Origin: Octopus sinensis
Lineage: Eukaryota
Reading direction: 5' to 3'
DNA length: 48,083 nt
Assembly: GCF_006345805.1 (NCBI RefSeq)
Contig: NW_021834473.1
Coordinates: forward strand, 1 to 48,083
Below are positions 13,150 to 23,654 of this stretch, in pieces. The translations under genes were made by a program, and so were the position numbers. Below the pieces are notes generated by a model, which saw nothing but the letters and a program-made list of their open reading frames with translations, was not told the origin of the DNA and did not search any database. Positions within the stretch are counted from its first letter, which is position 1, and the number at the start of each line of letters is the position of its first letter.

Positions 13150-13402
13150 AAATCTCTGAGCTGATGAAGGAAAAGTGGCGTTTTACCCACAAATCCAGAA
13201 ACAGACTGTCCTCGGGTATCGTATATGGATGTGATCTTTCATTGTTTTTCCCTTATACCTATGTGAGTTATTTTCTGAGTATGCATTGTCTGGAGACTTT
13301 TATTTGCAGTTGAAGAAATAGCCAAATTTTTGGCTGCTATTTCTGAAAAGTTCGGTGTGTGGTAAAGTGAATTTTTTTACTTTACCATATTTTTATAAAT
13401 TA
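13150..13402 (+). repeat. Direct repeat of 12588-12840 (~253 bp) including the hammerhead (13156-13215)
   Basis: Near-identical aaatctctgagctgatgaagg...ttttataaatta; the stem III here reads acagactgt. Confidence 0.95.
13156..13215 (+). ncRNA. Type I hammerhead ribozyme motif (copy 2)
   Basis: ctgag-CTGATGA(13161-13167)...GAAA(13198-13201)-cagact-GTC(13210)-ctcgg. Confidence 0.72.
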
Positions 13403-13424
13403 TATATATATATATATTATATAT

Positions 13425-13620
13425 ATAGTTAATCCAAACATGAAAGCACAAAAAGACAACAACGCGAGGATGAGGACAAATATAGTATTATTGGACGCTC
13501 AGGAAAGAAGGAGGGTTTAACGTTTCGAGCGGAGCTCTTCGTCGGAAACATAGGAGAAGGAAAGATCCAGAGAAGGGAAAACAGAGGGAAAAATCGCCGA
13601 CGGTACACACGTGGTCACAT
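13425..13620 (-). mobile_element. ~200-bp (TA)n-flanked hammerhead-bearing element (core mutated to CCGACGA at 13515-13549)
   Basis: Reverse complement of 13978-14175 and of 33065-33275. Confidence 0.85.
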
Positions 13621-13624
13621 ATAT

Positions 13625-13662
<38 letters not shown>

Positions 13663-13785
13663 AGGGGTAATATTAATTAATAAATTAATAATTAATAATT
13701 TTACCAAGTAGTTCGGCATGTTAAAAGAATCATTATCGGTAAACTTAAACGAAATTTTTTATAATTATGAGTATAATTTTAATTA

Positions 13786-13894
13786 GGGTTTAGCCAAAAA
13801 TTTGCTTCACCACATACAGAAATTTAGAAATAGCTAGTTTTGGCTGGTATTTCTAAATTTCGGTATGTGATGAAACAAAATTTTTGCTGAACCC
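13786..13894. repeat. Imperfect ~52-bp-arm hairpin inside a diverged relative of the 12346 arm sequence
   Basis: gggtttagccaaaaatttgcttcaccacatacagaaatttagaaata versus tatttctaaatttcggtatgtgatgaaacaaaatttttgctgaaccc; 13664-13780 resembles 12366-12470. Confidence 0.8.
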
Positions 13895-13929
13895 GCATAT
13901 ATATATAAACACACATATATATATATATA

Positions 13930-13977
<48 letters not shown>

Positions 13978-13980
<3 letters not shown>

Positions 13981-14175
13981 CGTTGGCGATTTTTTTCCTC
14001 CGTCTTCCCTTCTCTGGATCTTACCTTTCCCTATGTTTCTGACGAAGAGCTCCGCTCGAAACGTAAAACCTTCCTTCTTCCCTTCCTTCCTGAGCGTCCA
14101 ATAATACTATATTTGTTCCACGTCCTCGCGTTGTTGTGTTTTCTCTTTGTGTTTTCAAGTTTGGATTAACTATAT
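13978..14175 (+). mobile_element. ~200-bp (TA)n/(CA)n-flanked hammerhead-bearing element
   Basis: Four related copies in the window (13425-, 13978+, 33065+, 35250+ truncated) plus a diverged relative at 23655-23840. Confidence 0.85.
14035..14069 (+). ncRNA. Minimal type I hammerhead ribozyme, intact core
   Basis: gttt-CTGACGA-a-gagc-tcc-gctc-GAAA-c-GTA-aaac; stem I gttt/aaac, stem II gagc/gctc, palindromic ACGT stem III (dimer type). Confidence 0.85.
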
Positions 14176-14218
<43 letters not shown>

Positions 14219-14248
14219 CATGAATCACTTCATGCATGTGTAAGTGTA

Positions 14249-14306
<58 letters not shown>

Positions 14307-14337
14307 TACACTTACACACTCTCTTCCTGTTTCTTTA

Positions 14338-14420
14338 ACCCTGCGATGGACTGGCATACCGTCCAGTTGGGGGAAACTGAGAAATCGGGCCCATGAGCCT
14401 GGCTAGGCTTGAATAGGTCG
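14338..14420 (+). mobile_element. 3' fragment of SINE family C
   Basis: ccctgcgatggactggc..gtccag..gaaa..gggcccatga.cctggctaggctt matches 29778-29860. Confidence 0.75.
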
Positions 14421-14430
14421 ACGTGTGTCG

Positions 14431-14471
<41 letters not shown>

Positions 14472-15165
14472 CCTCATGTCGTTGAATACTTCTATAAAAA
14501 CTTGCAGCATATTGACTTTACATCATCATTTAGAATATTTAAACTAGAGGTGTTCCACTGAGTCACTTGTAGCACTTTGTGTTCCATATTGCCAACACAT
14601 TGAGGTCAATATAGAATTTTATTGTAAAAATCTATGGGCAATAAATTGCTTGCGTTTCTGAAATACACGAGATATCTTAACAATGCTTTTTTATGCAATG
14701 CCTAACAATATTCAATTATAAAATAATTCAGAAGTATTTTGTTCTATACAATGAATGGTTATAGAAGTCTAGTAGAGTGGAATTGAAACCAAAGAGGACC
14801 GTACACAAATAATGATTGAAAACTGCTGGCTTAAACTATCAATCATCTCTGTCATAATCCGTCTGTCATTGGATTTTGTAATTGATCAAATATATTTTTA
14901 ATTATTTTTCAACCTTCAACTAGTCAAATATTATTTTATATTTTTAGAAACCCAGTGAATCATTAATAACAAAATGATTTATTTTGACATATAATTTTAA
15001 ATATATTTAGTTAAATAATATTCAGATGTTCACATCAAACAGATATTATTTATTTATTTTGTATGAAAGTTCGTTTGGCTTTGTTTTTTCACGTGTTTTC
15101 AATTTCAGTGTATCTCTAACATCAATAGTGACATGGGACTCTCTGACTCCTGGCAGAATCAATAT

Positions 15166-15379
15166 TAGGCTTCAAATTTTGGCACAAGGCCAGCAATTTT
15201 AGGGGGGAGTAAGTTGATTACACCGACCCAAGGGTTCGGCTGTTACTTATTTTATCAACACCGAAAGGATGAAAGGCAAAGACAAGCTCGGCGGCATTTG
15301 AACTCAGAACGTATAATCGGCTGAAATTCCGCTAAGTATCTTGCCCGGCGTACTAGCGATTCCGCTAGCTCGCCGTCTT
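15166..15379 (-). mobile_element. SINE family B, near full-length
   Basis: Minus strand: ggcgagctagcggaatcgctag (A-box-like) ... ctgagttcaaatgcc (B-box-like) ... tttgcctttcatcctttcggtgttgataaaataagta ... gctggccttgtgcc. Confidence 0.85.
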
Positions 15380-15581
15380 ATAACTGACTTCGGTGTTATT
15401 TGATGACGATCTGAGCAGAATTTTCCCGTAGACCGTAAGAACGGTCGAAATGCCGCCAAGTATTTTTCTCAGTGTCCTAACATTTCTAACATCTCACCGC
15501 CATTTTAGTTGAATTAAAACTACAAAGGTTTCCACCGTAATAGCACTGTTTTTGTCTGTTTTCTGTATTTTTAGTAATTAA

Positions 15582-15786
15582 TCTTTTACTCTTTTACTTG
15601 TTTCAGTTATTTGACTGTTGCCATGCTGGAGCACCACCTTTAGTCGAGCAAATCGACCCCAGGACTTATTCTTTGAAAGCCTAGTACTTATTCTATCGGT
15701 CTCTTTTGCTAAGTTACGGTGACGTAAACACTCCAGCATCGGTTGTCAAGTAAAGTTGGGGGCACAAACACACACACACACACACA

Positions 15787-15828
<42 letters not shown>

Positions 15829-16015
15829 TATATATACACATATATATATATACGACGAGCTTCTTTCAGTTTCCGTGTACCAAATCCACTCGCAAGGCTT
15901 TGGTCGACCCGATGCTATACTAGAAAAGACTTGCCCAAGGTACCACGCAGTGGGACTGAACCCGGAGCAATGTGGTTCATAAGCAAGCTACTTACCGCAC
16001 AGCCATTCCTACGCT
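15582..16015 (-). mobile_element. SINE family A, full-length
   Basis: Reverse complement of the head-microsatellite-tail structure seen at 16876. Confidence 0.92.
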
Positions 16016-16582
16016 TGTCGTTTCGCTGATAATATGCCTCTGTAACACGGCAGAACTGGAACAATTGTTAAGACTCTGTACGTAATGCTTAACAATACTT
16101 CTTTTGGCGTATTACAATCAGAGTTCAAAGCCTGCGAAGACAAATTTTGGCCTTTTATCCTTTTGAGATCAATAGAATAGCAGTCAAGTGCTAGGACCGA
16201 TAAAATCTAAAAATGATTCTTCTCAATATTCCTGACCTTGTACAAACCTTTGAAGCGAGCATGCTCTAGCGAAAATTGCATACACATACACACACATACA
16301 CATTCAACCTCGCGCATACAACTCACTGACACACCTAGAAATACAAACATTTACACACTCATGCATATATCGAGAAGGACGGGCTTCCGTACAATTTCCG
16401 TCCGCCAAATTCTATTAGCAAAACATTGGAGAATCCAAGGATGAATTAGAAAATATGATTCCAATGTGTCACGCAGTGGAAAAACGGAAACGGAAGTGAG
16501 TGATGCCGCGATTACAAAGCGGGCTTCCTTTTCTCAGTTCTGCGCTTATGATATATTTCATTTTAAGCTATTCACGAGGTTG

Positions 16583-16800
16583 CGAGCTGGCAGAACATTT
16601 ATCAGGCCAAATGAAATGGATTTCTTTCACAGATATACGTTCAAATTCTGCCGTAGTCGACTCCATCTGTTGTTTGTTCTTTTTTTGTTTTCGTTCTTCA
16701 TTGTAGGGACATGAAAAAATAAGTACCGGTTAAATAATGGCGTCTGTGTAATTGATTTGATTGCCAATCTCCTCGTAAAATTATTTTCCGTTTGCCGAAA
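16583..16800 (+). mobile_element. SINE family B, diverged
   Basis: gcgagctggcagaac...cgttcaaattctgccgtagtcgact...aaaataagtacc. Confidence 0.65.
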
Positions 16801-16875
16801 TTAGAAAGAATTTCAAACCATGCTTTCACATACACATTTAAGGTAATTAAAAGAAAAAAGATATTTATAATAATA

Positions 16876-17038
16876 GGCGCAGGAATGGCTGTGTGGTAAG
16901 TAGCTTGCTAACCAACCACATGGTTCCAGGTTCAGTCCCACTGCGGGGCATCTTGGGCAAGTGTCTTCTGCTATAGCCCCGGGCCGACCAAAGCCTTGTG
17001 AGTGGATTTGGTAGACGGAAACTGAAAGAAGCCTGCCG

Positions 17039-17133
<95 letters not shown>

Positions 17134-17353
17134 TTGTGTGTCTGTGTTTGTCCCTCTAGCATTGCTTGACAACCGATGCAGGTGTGTTTACACCTCGTCG
17201 CTTAGCGGTTCGGCAAAAAGAGACTGATAGAATAAGTACTGGGCTTACAAAGAATAAGTCCTGGGGTCGATTTGCTCGACTAAAGGCGGTGCTCCAGCAT
17301 GGCTGCAGTCAAATGACTGAAACAAGTAAAAGAGTAAAGAGTAAAGAGTAAAG
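16876..17353 (+). mobile_element. SINE family A, full-length (tRNA-derived, CORE-like)
   Basis: ggcgcaggaaTGGCTGTGTGGtaag (A box) ... ccaGGTTCAGTCCc (B box), then catcttgggcaagtgtctt (resembles the start of the CORE domain), internal (TA)n(TG)n, and a tail ending in gagtaaa repeats. Confidence 0.93.
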
Positions 17354-17889
17354 CTTGTTTATCTTATTTTAGTGATCCTTAATTTGTTTTCTGCCGTGCA
17401 TTTATATTAATTATTTCTGTTGGCTTTCATGAGAGGGTTTAAATTTTAGAAAGAGAGAAAAATGCATTATAAGAAAAGAGAACGAAAAACATGAAGAGAT
17501 GAAGAAAGGAAGGAAGGAAGAAAGAAGCATAGGAAAAAAGATGAAGAAAAGGAGGAAAGCAAACGTGATAGTACATTATGTGATGAGATTCTTCAATGTT
17601 AAAATTGTATATAATTACTTTTCCAAGTGGAATTCAATCCTGTATGGGTCACGTTCTTTGTTAATTAAAATGACATCAGGGATCGTTTATTTGAATTCGG
17701 ACAACTAATTAGAGAAAATTAAGTATAATACTCACTGGCCACGTACGAGTTTAGAAATACAGAAACACACACATACACACACACACACACACGCACATAC
17801 ACTCGCTCACACACACACACACACCCACAGGCAACACACACACAAATATATGACATACATATCTATATATTGCTTTATCAATATATATA

Positions 17890-18283
17890 CAGGAGTGGCT
17901 GTGTGGTAAGTAGCTTGCTTACCAACCACATGGTTCCGGGTTCAGTCCAACTGCATGGCACTTTGGGCAAGTGTATTCTACTATATCCTTGGGCCGACCA
18001 AAGCCTTGTGAGTGGATTTGGTAGACGGAAACTGGAAGAAGCCAGTCGTATATATGCATATATATATGCGTGTGTGTGTTTGTGTCTCTGTGTTTGTCCC
18101 CCCAACATCGCTTCACAACCGATGCTGGTGTGTTTACGTTCCCGTAACTTAGCGGTTCGGCAAAAGAGGCCGATAGAATAAGTACTAGGCTTACAAAGAA
18201 TACCTCTTGGGGGTCGATTTCCTCGACTAAATGCGGTGCTCCAGCATGGCCGCAGTCAAATGACTGAAACAAGTAAAAGAGTA
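17890..18283 (+). mobile_element. SINE family A, full-length
   Basis: Same head and tail as 16876. Confidence 0.92.
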
Positions 18284-18612
18284 TATATATATATAAAACC
18301 TTCGAACAGAGATTGTCGGAAGCGACACCTACTGGTCTGGCTACGCTGCATTGAAAAGGGGCAATACCCCGAAACGCGTCTGTAGCTGCCGGTCAAGTAG
18401 TGTGGAGCGACTGACCTCCCTTGTTCGAAGGTTATATGGATACAGTTTGTGCATCAAATAGCTAACTTAAGGCGATGGCCTCATGGAGCTAATAAGCGGA
18501 CAGCTTTATTCTTATTCTTATAAGAATGCCATATTAGTATGGCGATAACTATTATTTTCCGGGAACGCTGCCGTTGGTCTCTTTTAGAGAGACTTAGTAA
18601 TTTTAATATTTC

Positions 18613-18685
<73 letters not shown>

Positions 18686-18902
18686 CTATACAGCATTAGT
18701 AATTAATTTTATGGTTTACTCTGTAATTTTGTAGGGTACAAATTTATTATTCTGAAACAAGTATGTTGTGCGACGTTTCGGCCAGCTTAGGTCATCGTTA
18801 GACTGCCAAAGAATGTTTAGTTGTCGAAAATTCGAAGTCACTAATCAATAATTTTCTTGTTTAAGAATAATATAGATCCATATATATATATATATATATA
18901 TA

Positions 18903-19099
18903 TATCTATACAATATGTTACATTACTCGGTAGTCAAGATAAAACTCTGAGTTTCAGATGCCGAAGTGGAAATCCACAACACCATCTCTTCGTTATCTAG
19001 CCAGATAACCGAAGAGATGGTGTTGTGGATTTCCACTTCGGCATCTGAAACTCAGAGTTTTATCTTGACTACCGAGTAATGTAACATATTGTATAGATA
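18903..19099. repeat. Near-perfect fold-back hairpin (~95-bp arms), each arm a core-damaged hammerhead
   Basis: tatctatacaatatg...ccatctcttcg ttatct-agcc-agataa ccgaagagatgg...catattgtatagata. Plus arm: agataa-CCGAAGA-gatg..catc-t-GAAA-ctc-a-gaGTT-ttatct (19003-19065). Confidence 0.93.
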
Positions 19100-19161
19100 A
19101 ATTTCCTCTATTTACATAATATTGAGGTCTCTTTCTTTCTTTTGTTATCTTACCGGTTTAT

Positions 19162-19205
<44 letters not shown>

Positions 19206-19253
19206 CAGAATTGGTCTATATATATGTTGGGGATCCATATATATATGAATAGA

Positions 19254-19456
19254 AAAATGGAGTGAACGTAGGTGTAATCAAATATTTTTACTTTCGACAC
19301 ATGTTTCGAAAATTCCACTGATACTATTCAAAAGAATAAATGGTATAAACAATGCATTGTTTATACCATTTATTCTTTTGAATAGTATCAGTGGAATTTT
19401 CGAAACATGTGTCGAAAGTAAAAAATATTTGATTACACCTACGTTCACTCCATTTT
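19254..19456. repeat. Near-perfect palindrome (~101-bp arms, no spacer, centre 19354/19355) containing the 3' half of a hammerhead
   Basis: aaaatggagtgaacg...ataaacaatg|cattgtttat...cgttcactccatttt; contains GAAAC-ATGT-GTC but no CTGANGA. Confidence 0.93.
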
Positions 19457-19608
19457 AATTCATATTATTCAACATATTCAACGTAAACACGAAGTCTCTA
19501 CCTTTATAAACAAGGAGTTACAACACCTTTACTTGTGAGATTTTTGCTGCCCTGGTAACTATTTATTTATTTTTCCGTGTTAATTGTTAACAAGGTAAAA
19601 ATACACTC

Positions 19609-19665
<57 letters not shown>

Positions 19666-19887
19666 ATATATTATATATATATATATACATATAGAAACAT
19701 ATGTGCGTGTGTGTGCATAATATATATACATTTGTGTATAATTGTTTACGTATATACGTATACATTCATGTAGAAAGAAAAACTTTTTTTTACAAATATA
19801 AAGAACATATTTCTTTCTCTTTATAACAAATATAAATAGAGAACATACATTCACATTCATATTAATAACAATACAATAACTTGAAAC

Positions 19888-19888
<1 letters not shown>

Positions 19889-19967
<79 letters not shown>

Positions 19968-20017
19968 CACTATTATTATTACTATTATTATCATTATTAT
20001 TATTATTATCATCATCA

Positions 20018-20076
<59 letters not shown>
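19889..20076. repeat. (TAT)n tract, i.e. the (TAA)n 3' flank of the R4/Dong element
   Basis: Directly visible; source of the poly-Y/poly-I ORFs. Confidence 0.97.
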
Positions 20077-20077
<1 letters not shown>

Positions 20078-21775
20078 TATGTTTGACTTTTGCTTTATAT
20101 TTGTACAAGTTGGCTCCAAGTCTCACCCAGAGACCTCAAGAGACAACAGGATTGGAAGTTCATGTTGTTGTTATGCCTAGTGTGCCATATATTTGGGAGG
20201 TGGGGATGTTGTACTAATGAATGTCTAAAAAAAAAGGTTTGTTTTTTTTTTTGTTTTTTTTTTAAACCGAAAATTATGTTTGTTTTAAACCTTGAGATTA
20301 CATAGAGAGTATTTTGCGTAGCATATGAGCAGTTCCCATGAGCACTATCTTTTGAACTTCTGCCATTTTTGGGTTTCCTGGTATCTGAGTTAGGTAGCTA
20401 TCAGCCCCTTTTGCTATCATTCCCAGGGCACCTATGACAACAGGTATTGTTTTAGTCTTCAGCTTCCACATTTTGCTGATTTCTATTTCAAGATCTTTAT
20501 ATTTGCTCAGTTTTTGGTAGGTCTTGACAGATACGTTTATATCGATTGGGACAGTCATATCAATGAGGAGGCATGTTCTTTGTTTGAAGTCTTTCAATAT
20601 GATGTCTGGCCTATTTGCATCTATCTTCCTGTCACTTTGAATGGTGAAGTTCCAGAGGAGTGAGATGTGGTCATTTTCAAGCACTGGGGGTGGTTTGTGT
20701 TCCAAACAGTTTTTTTCATGGGGCAAATCCAGGTTTTTACAGATTACCCAGTGAATATATTGTGCAGCTCTATCGTGCCTGTTGAGATACTCTGTAGGCG
20801 CTAGAAGACTGCACTTGGAGACCACATGGTCAATGGTTTCATTCTGTTGCTTGCATACACGACACGTTGGACTGCTTCTGATCTTTAATATGTTGGCCTG
20901 GTAGTTTCTTGTTGGTAGGCATTGATCTTGAGCTGCTATGATAACCCCTCTGTTTCAGATTTTAAGCCAGAGGCCATTAGCCATTGATGGGTCAGGGCTT
21001 TGTCGATATCTGCATTATTCGCTCTCTTTGGGTATTTGCCATAGAGAGGTTTTTCTTGCCATTTATTATTCAGAATATCTAAGGCCGCAGTTTTGGCACG
21101 GGTTTTCATGCGCCTAGCTTTTTCTGTGCCTGTTTCTTGTATATCTATCTCTAATTCCGAAATTGGTTGTATTCGGAATTCACTTAGATATTCCTTTGCC
21201 TGTTTTGTGACTGAGTATGATGCTTTCTTGTTTTCATGTTTTGAGACAAGTTTTAACAACCAGTCCTCAGAGTTTTTCAGGTAGGTGTCTAGGCCAATTG
21301 TAGCAATCTTCATTGTTATTGCCAGTTGCAAAAGACCACGGCCTCCCTCTTTTCTTGGCAGATAGAGTCGTTCTGTATCTGCCTTAGGGTGGTGCATTCT
21401 GTGCATTGTCAACAGTTTCCTTATTTTTCTGTCGAGCTGACATATTTCAGTAATTGACCAGTTAACAATATTGAAACTGTAAGTCACGACTGGTATAGCT
21501 AATGCATTGATTGCTTCGATCCTGTTTCTTGCATTCAGCTCTGTCTTGAGTATTGCTCTCACTCTTCGATAGCATTCTCTCCTGATCCTTTCCTTCATCT
21601 CTGAATGCCTTATGCCGTTCCCTTCAATTACCCCTACGTACTTGTAGCTCTCCGCTGGGTCTAGTTCTTTTATGACATTCTGTTAGTCAAGGTTAACGTT
21701 AGATGTTTCTGTCATTTTTCCTTTGATAAAGGTAGCCTTTGCACATTTATCGAGGCCGAATTGCATTCTGATGTC

Positions 21776-21776
<1 letters not shown>
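20077..21776 (-). mobile_element. 5'-truncated non-LTR retrotransposon, R4/Dong type (RT C-terminus, CCHC knuckle, restriction-like endonuclease, 3' UTR)
   Basis: DIRMQFGLDKC...YKYVG...RNRIEAINALAIPVVTYSF...GGRGLLQL...SETEG/FIIAAQDQ...CRVCKQQNETIDHVVSKC...RHDRAAQYIH...NRPDII...LIDMTVP; one stop (~21686) and one frameshift (~20942); 3' UTR hairpin gaggtctctgggtgagactt. Confidence 0.93.
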
Positions 21777-21811
<35 letters not shown>

Positions 21812-22320
21812 GAGTGAGCGAGCAGAGCATGCCATCAAAGTGACACTGGGGTAAAATATACGAAGCCCAGTATACCCATCATGACTACCCGTCTGATAAG
21901 GGTACACCAGGCACATGCATCACAACCATATGTGCGCGACATGGTGATCTCATATCAAGATAAACAGCACATGACCTTGCAGGTGGAGCCCAGTTAGAAT
22001 TTTCTTCAGATCGAGTAACCCATCCCGCTCAAAAGGTCCCTGAATAAGGGTTGTTTAAGGACGTTGAACGAAAACCTATGTTTCCAGAGGTGAATTATTC
22101 AAACCCCAAAGAATCCTTCTCAACACATGGCTATGATGCTCCCCCACTACTTCTGCTCGTGATCAGAGATGCACATATCGTCAGCCACTAAGGGGCATGC
22201 TCAACTGGTTAAGGTCAAACAACTGACAAGCAAATCTGTGGTATTGAGCAGAATATTTGCTGTAGCCCATCTTTTATACCAAGACAAAACAATGTACATG
22301 ATAACACTTCCAATCAGTTA
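21812..22320 (-). mobile_element. ~510-bp non-coding element bounded by (TAA)n on both sides
   Basis: Flanked by (TTA)n at 21777-21811 and 22321-22388; second copy at 8601-8986; no ORF and no tRNA boxes seen. Confidence 0.85.
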
Positions 22321-22388
<68 letters not shown>

Positions 22389-22464
22389 CATAATTCGCGT
22401 TGTTGTTACTTTGTTTTATATGAGCTGTTCCAAATTTCAACCTGAGACCTCAAGTAACATTACG

Positions 22465-22529
<65 letters not shown>

Positions 22530-23290
22530 CATAATTCGCGTTGTTGTTACTTTGTTTTATATGAGCTGTTCCAAATTTCAACCTGAGACCTCAAGTAACA
22601 TTACGTTGGACGTTTTACAAGAAATGCGATTTATAATTAGAAATGATTTATTATATAGAATGGAGGCCAGAATCTGCCAATCAAAATTTAAATTTCGAAA
22701 GTTTTAAGAGAATCAGGTGATTTCAAATGGATAATGTTTTTTGTATTTGTTTTTTTTTTTTACAATGTTGGTATTAACCATGGAAATAATTTCTTGCAGT
22801 TTCGGTGCCTTGGAGTTTCCTGGTATTTTACCATAGTGTTTAACAGCACCATTTGATATTATTCCCAAATATCTGATGATAACATACCGTTGTTGTTCTT
22901 AGGTACCTCATTTTTATAATTTCTATTGTAGAATCCTTATATTTACGTAACTTTCCAAAAATTCTTACAGAAGTATTGCAATTTCCTAAGGTTGACGTTC
23001 CTCTAAGCAAATATGTTTCAACGTGATTTTTACCACACTATCTGGTATATTTGCCTGAATAGCAATATCAGTGTGAATTCTAAAATCCTAATGAATGCTG
23101 ATACCTTTATTTTCAACTACTTTGCCAGGCTTATGTTCCCACCAGATTTGCTGATATGAGAGTCCAATCTCTCAGGGCAAAATGTTGCCAAGTGTATCAT
23201 GGCAGTTGATATAGATATTTGAGGAAAAGAATATCTACAGCTGAAGTAATCAGTTGTTTTCAGATTGCATGCAGGATGCGCAACATTTGC
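22389..23290 (-). mobile_element. Older, decayed R4/Dong-type element (RLE domain and 3' end; terminal 77 bp duplicated)
   Basis: Minus-strand CASC...SSNIYINCHDTLGNILP*EIGLSYQQIWWEHKPGKVVENKGISIH*DFRIHTDIAIQANIPD aligns by eye with the RLE of the 20077 element; 3' motif ttgaggtctcaggttgaaatttgga resembles its ttgaggtctctgggtgagacttgga. Confidence 0.82.
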
Positions 23291-23472
23291 GTATGCATTT
23301 GTGTGTGTGTGTGCGGTTGTGTGTAGACGAGTGGCTGTTGAGAAGTTCCTGGCTCTAAAGGGTTTCATAAAAGACCTGGAAGGAGACCTAGAGATCCAAC
23401 CTTCCCAGTTTTACCCAAACCAAGAAATTTTCATGTGTGTGTGTGTGTGCGTGCGTATATATATATACATAC

Positions 23473-23517
<45 letters not shown>

Positions 23518-23520
<3 letters not shown>

Positions 23521-23636
23521 CCACACTGGTATATTTGCCTGAATAACCATATCAGTATGAATTCTAAAATCCTAGAGAATCCAATCTCTCAGGGCATAAT
23601 GTTGCCAAGTCTATTATGGCGGTTGATATAGATATC
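23518..23636 (-). repeat. Internally deleted duplicate of part of the 23030-23220 RLE segment
   Basis: ggtatatttgcctgaata..atatcagt.tgaattctaaaatccta and tccaatctctcagggca.aatgttgccaagt match 23043-23090 and 23163-23218. Confidence 0.8.
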
Positions 23637-23654
23637 AATGATAGATCACCATAA

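Noticed and set aside
12346-14175. Repeat-spacer-like organisation suggesting CRISPR or a prokaryotic system
   Set aside because: No short regularly spaced direct repeats and no cas-like ORFs; the sequence is plainly eukaryotic repeat DNA.
16876-16945. tRNA-like A/B boxes (also at 29630 and in family B heads)
   Set aside because: No complete cloverleaf or acceptor stem; they are SINE heads, not tRNA genes.
16813-18272. Recurrent ORFs containing SVSVYQIHSQGFGRP...CHAVGLNPEPCG (also at 15743, 32678, 38313)
   Set aside because: Antisense translations of the SINE A head, not a protein family.
23327-23430. acgagtggctgttgagaagttcc, resembling a mariner TIR start
   Set aside because: No partner TIR or transposase nearby; cannot be supported from this window.
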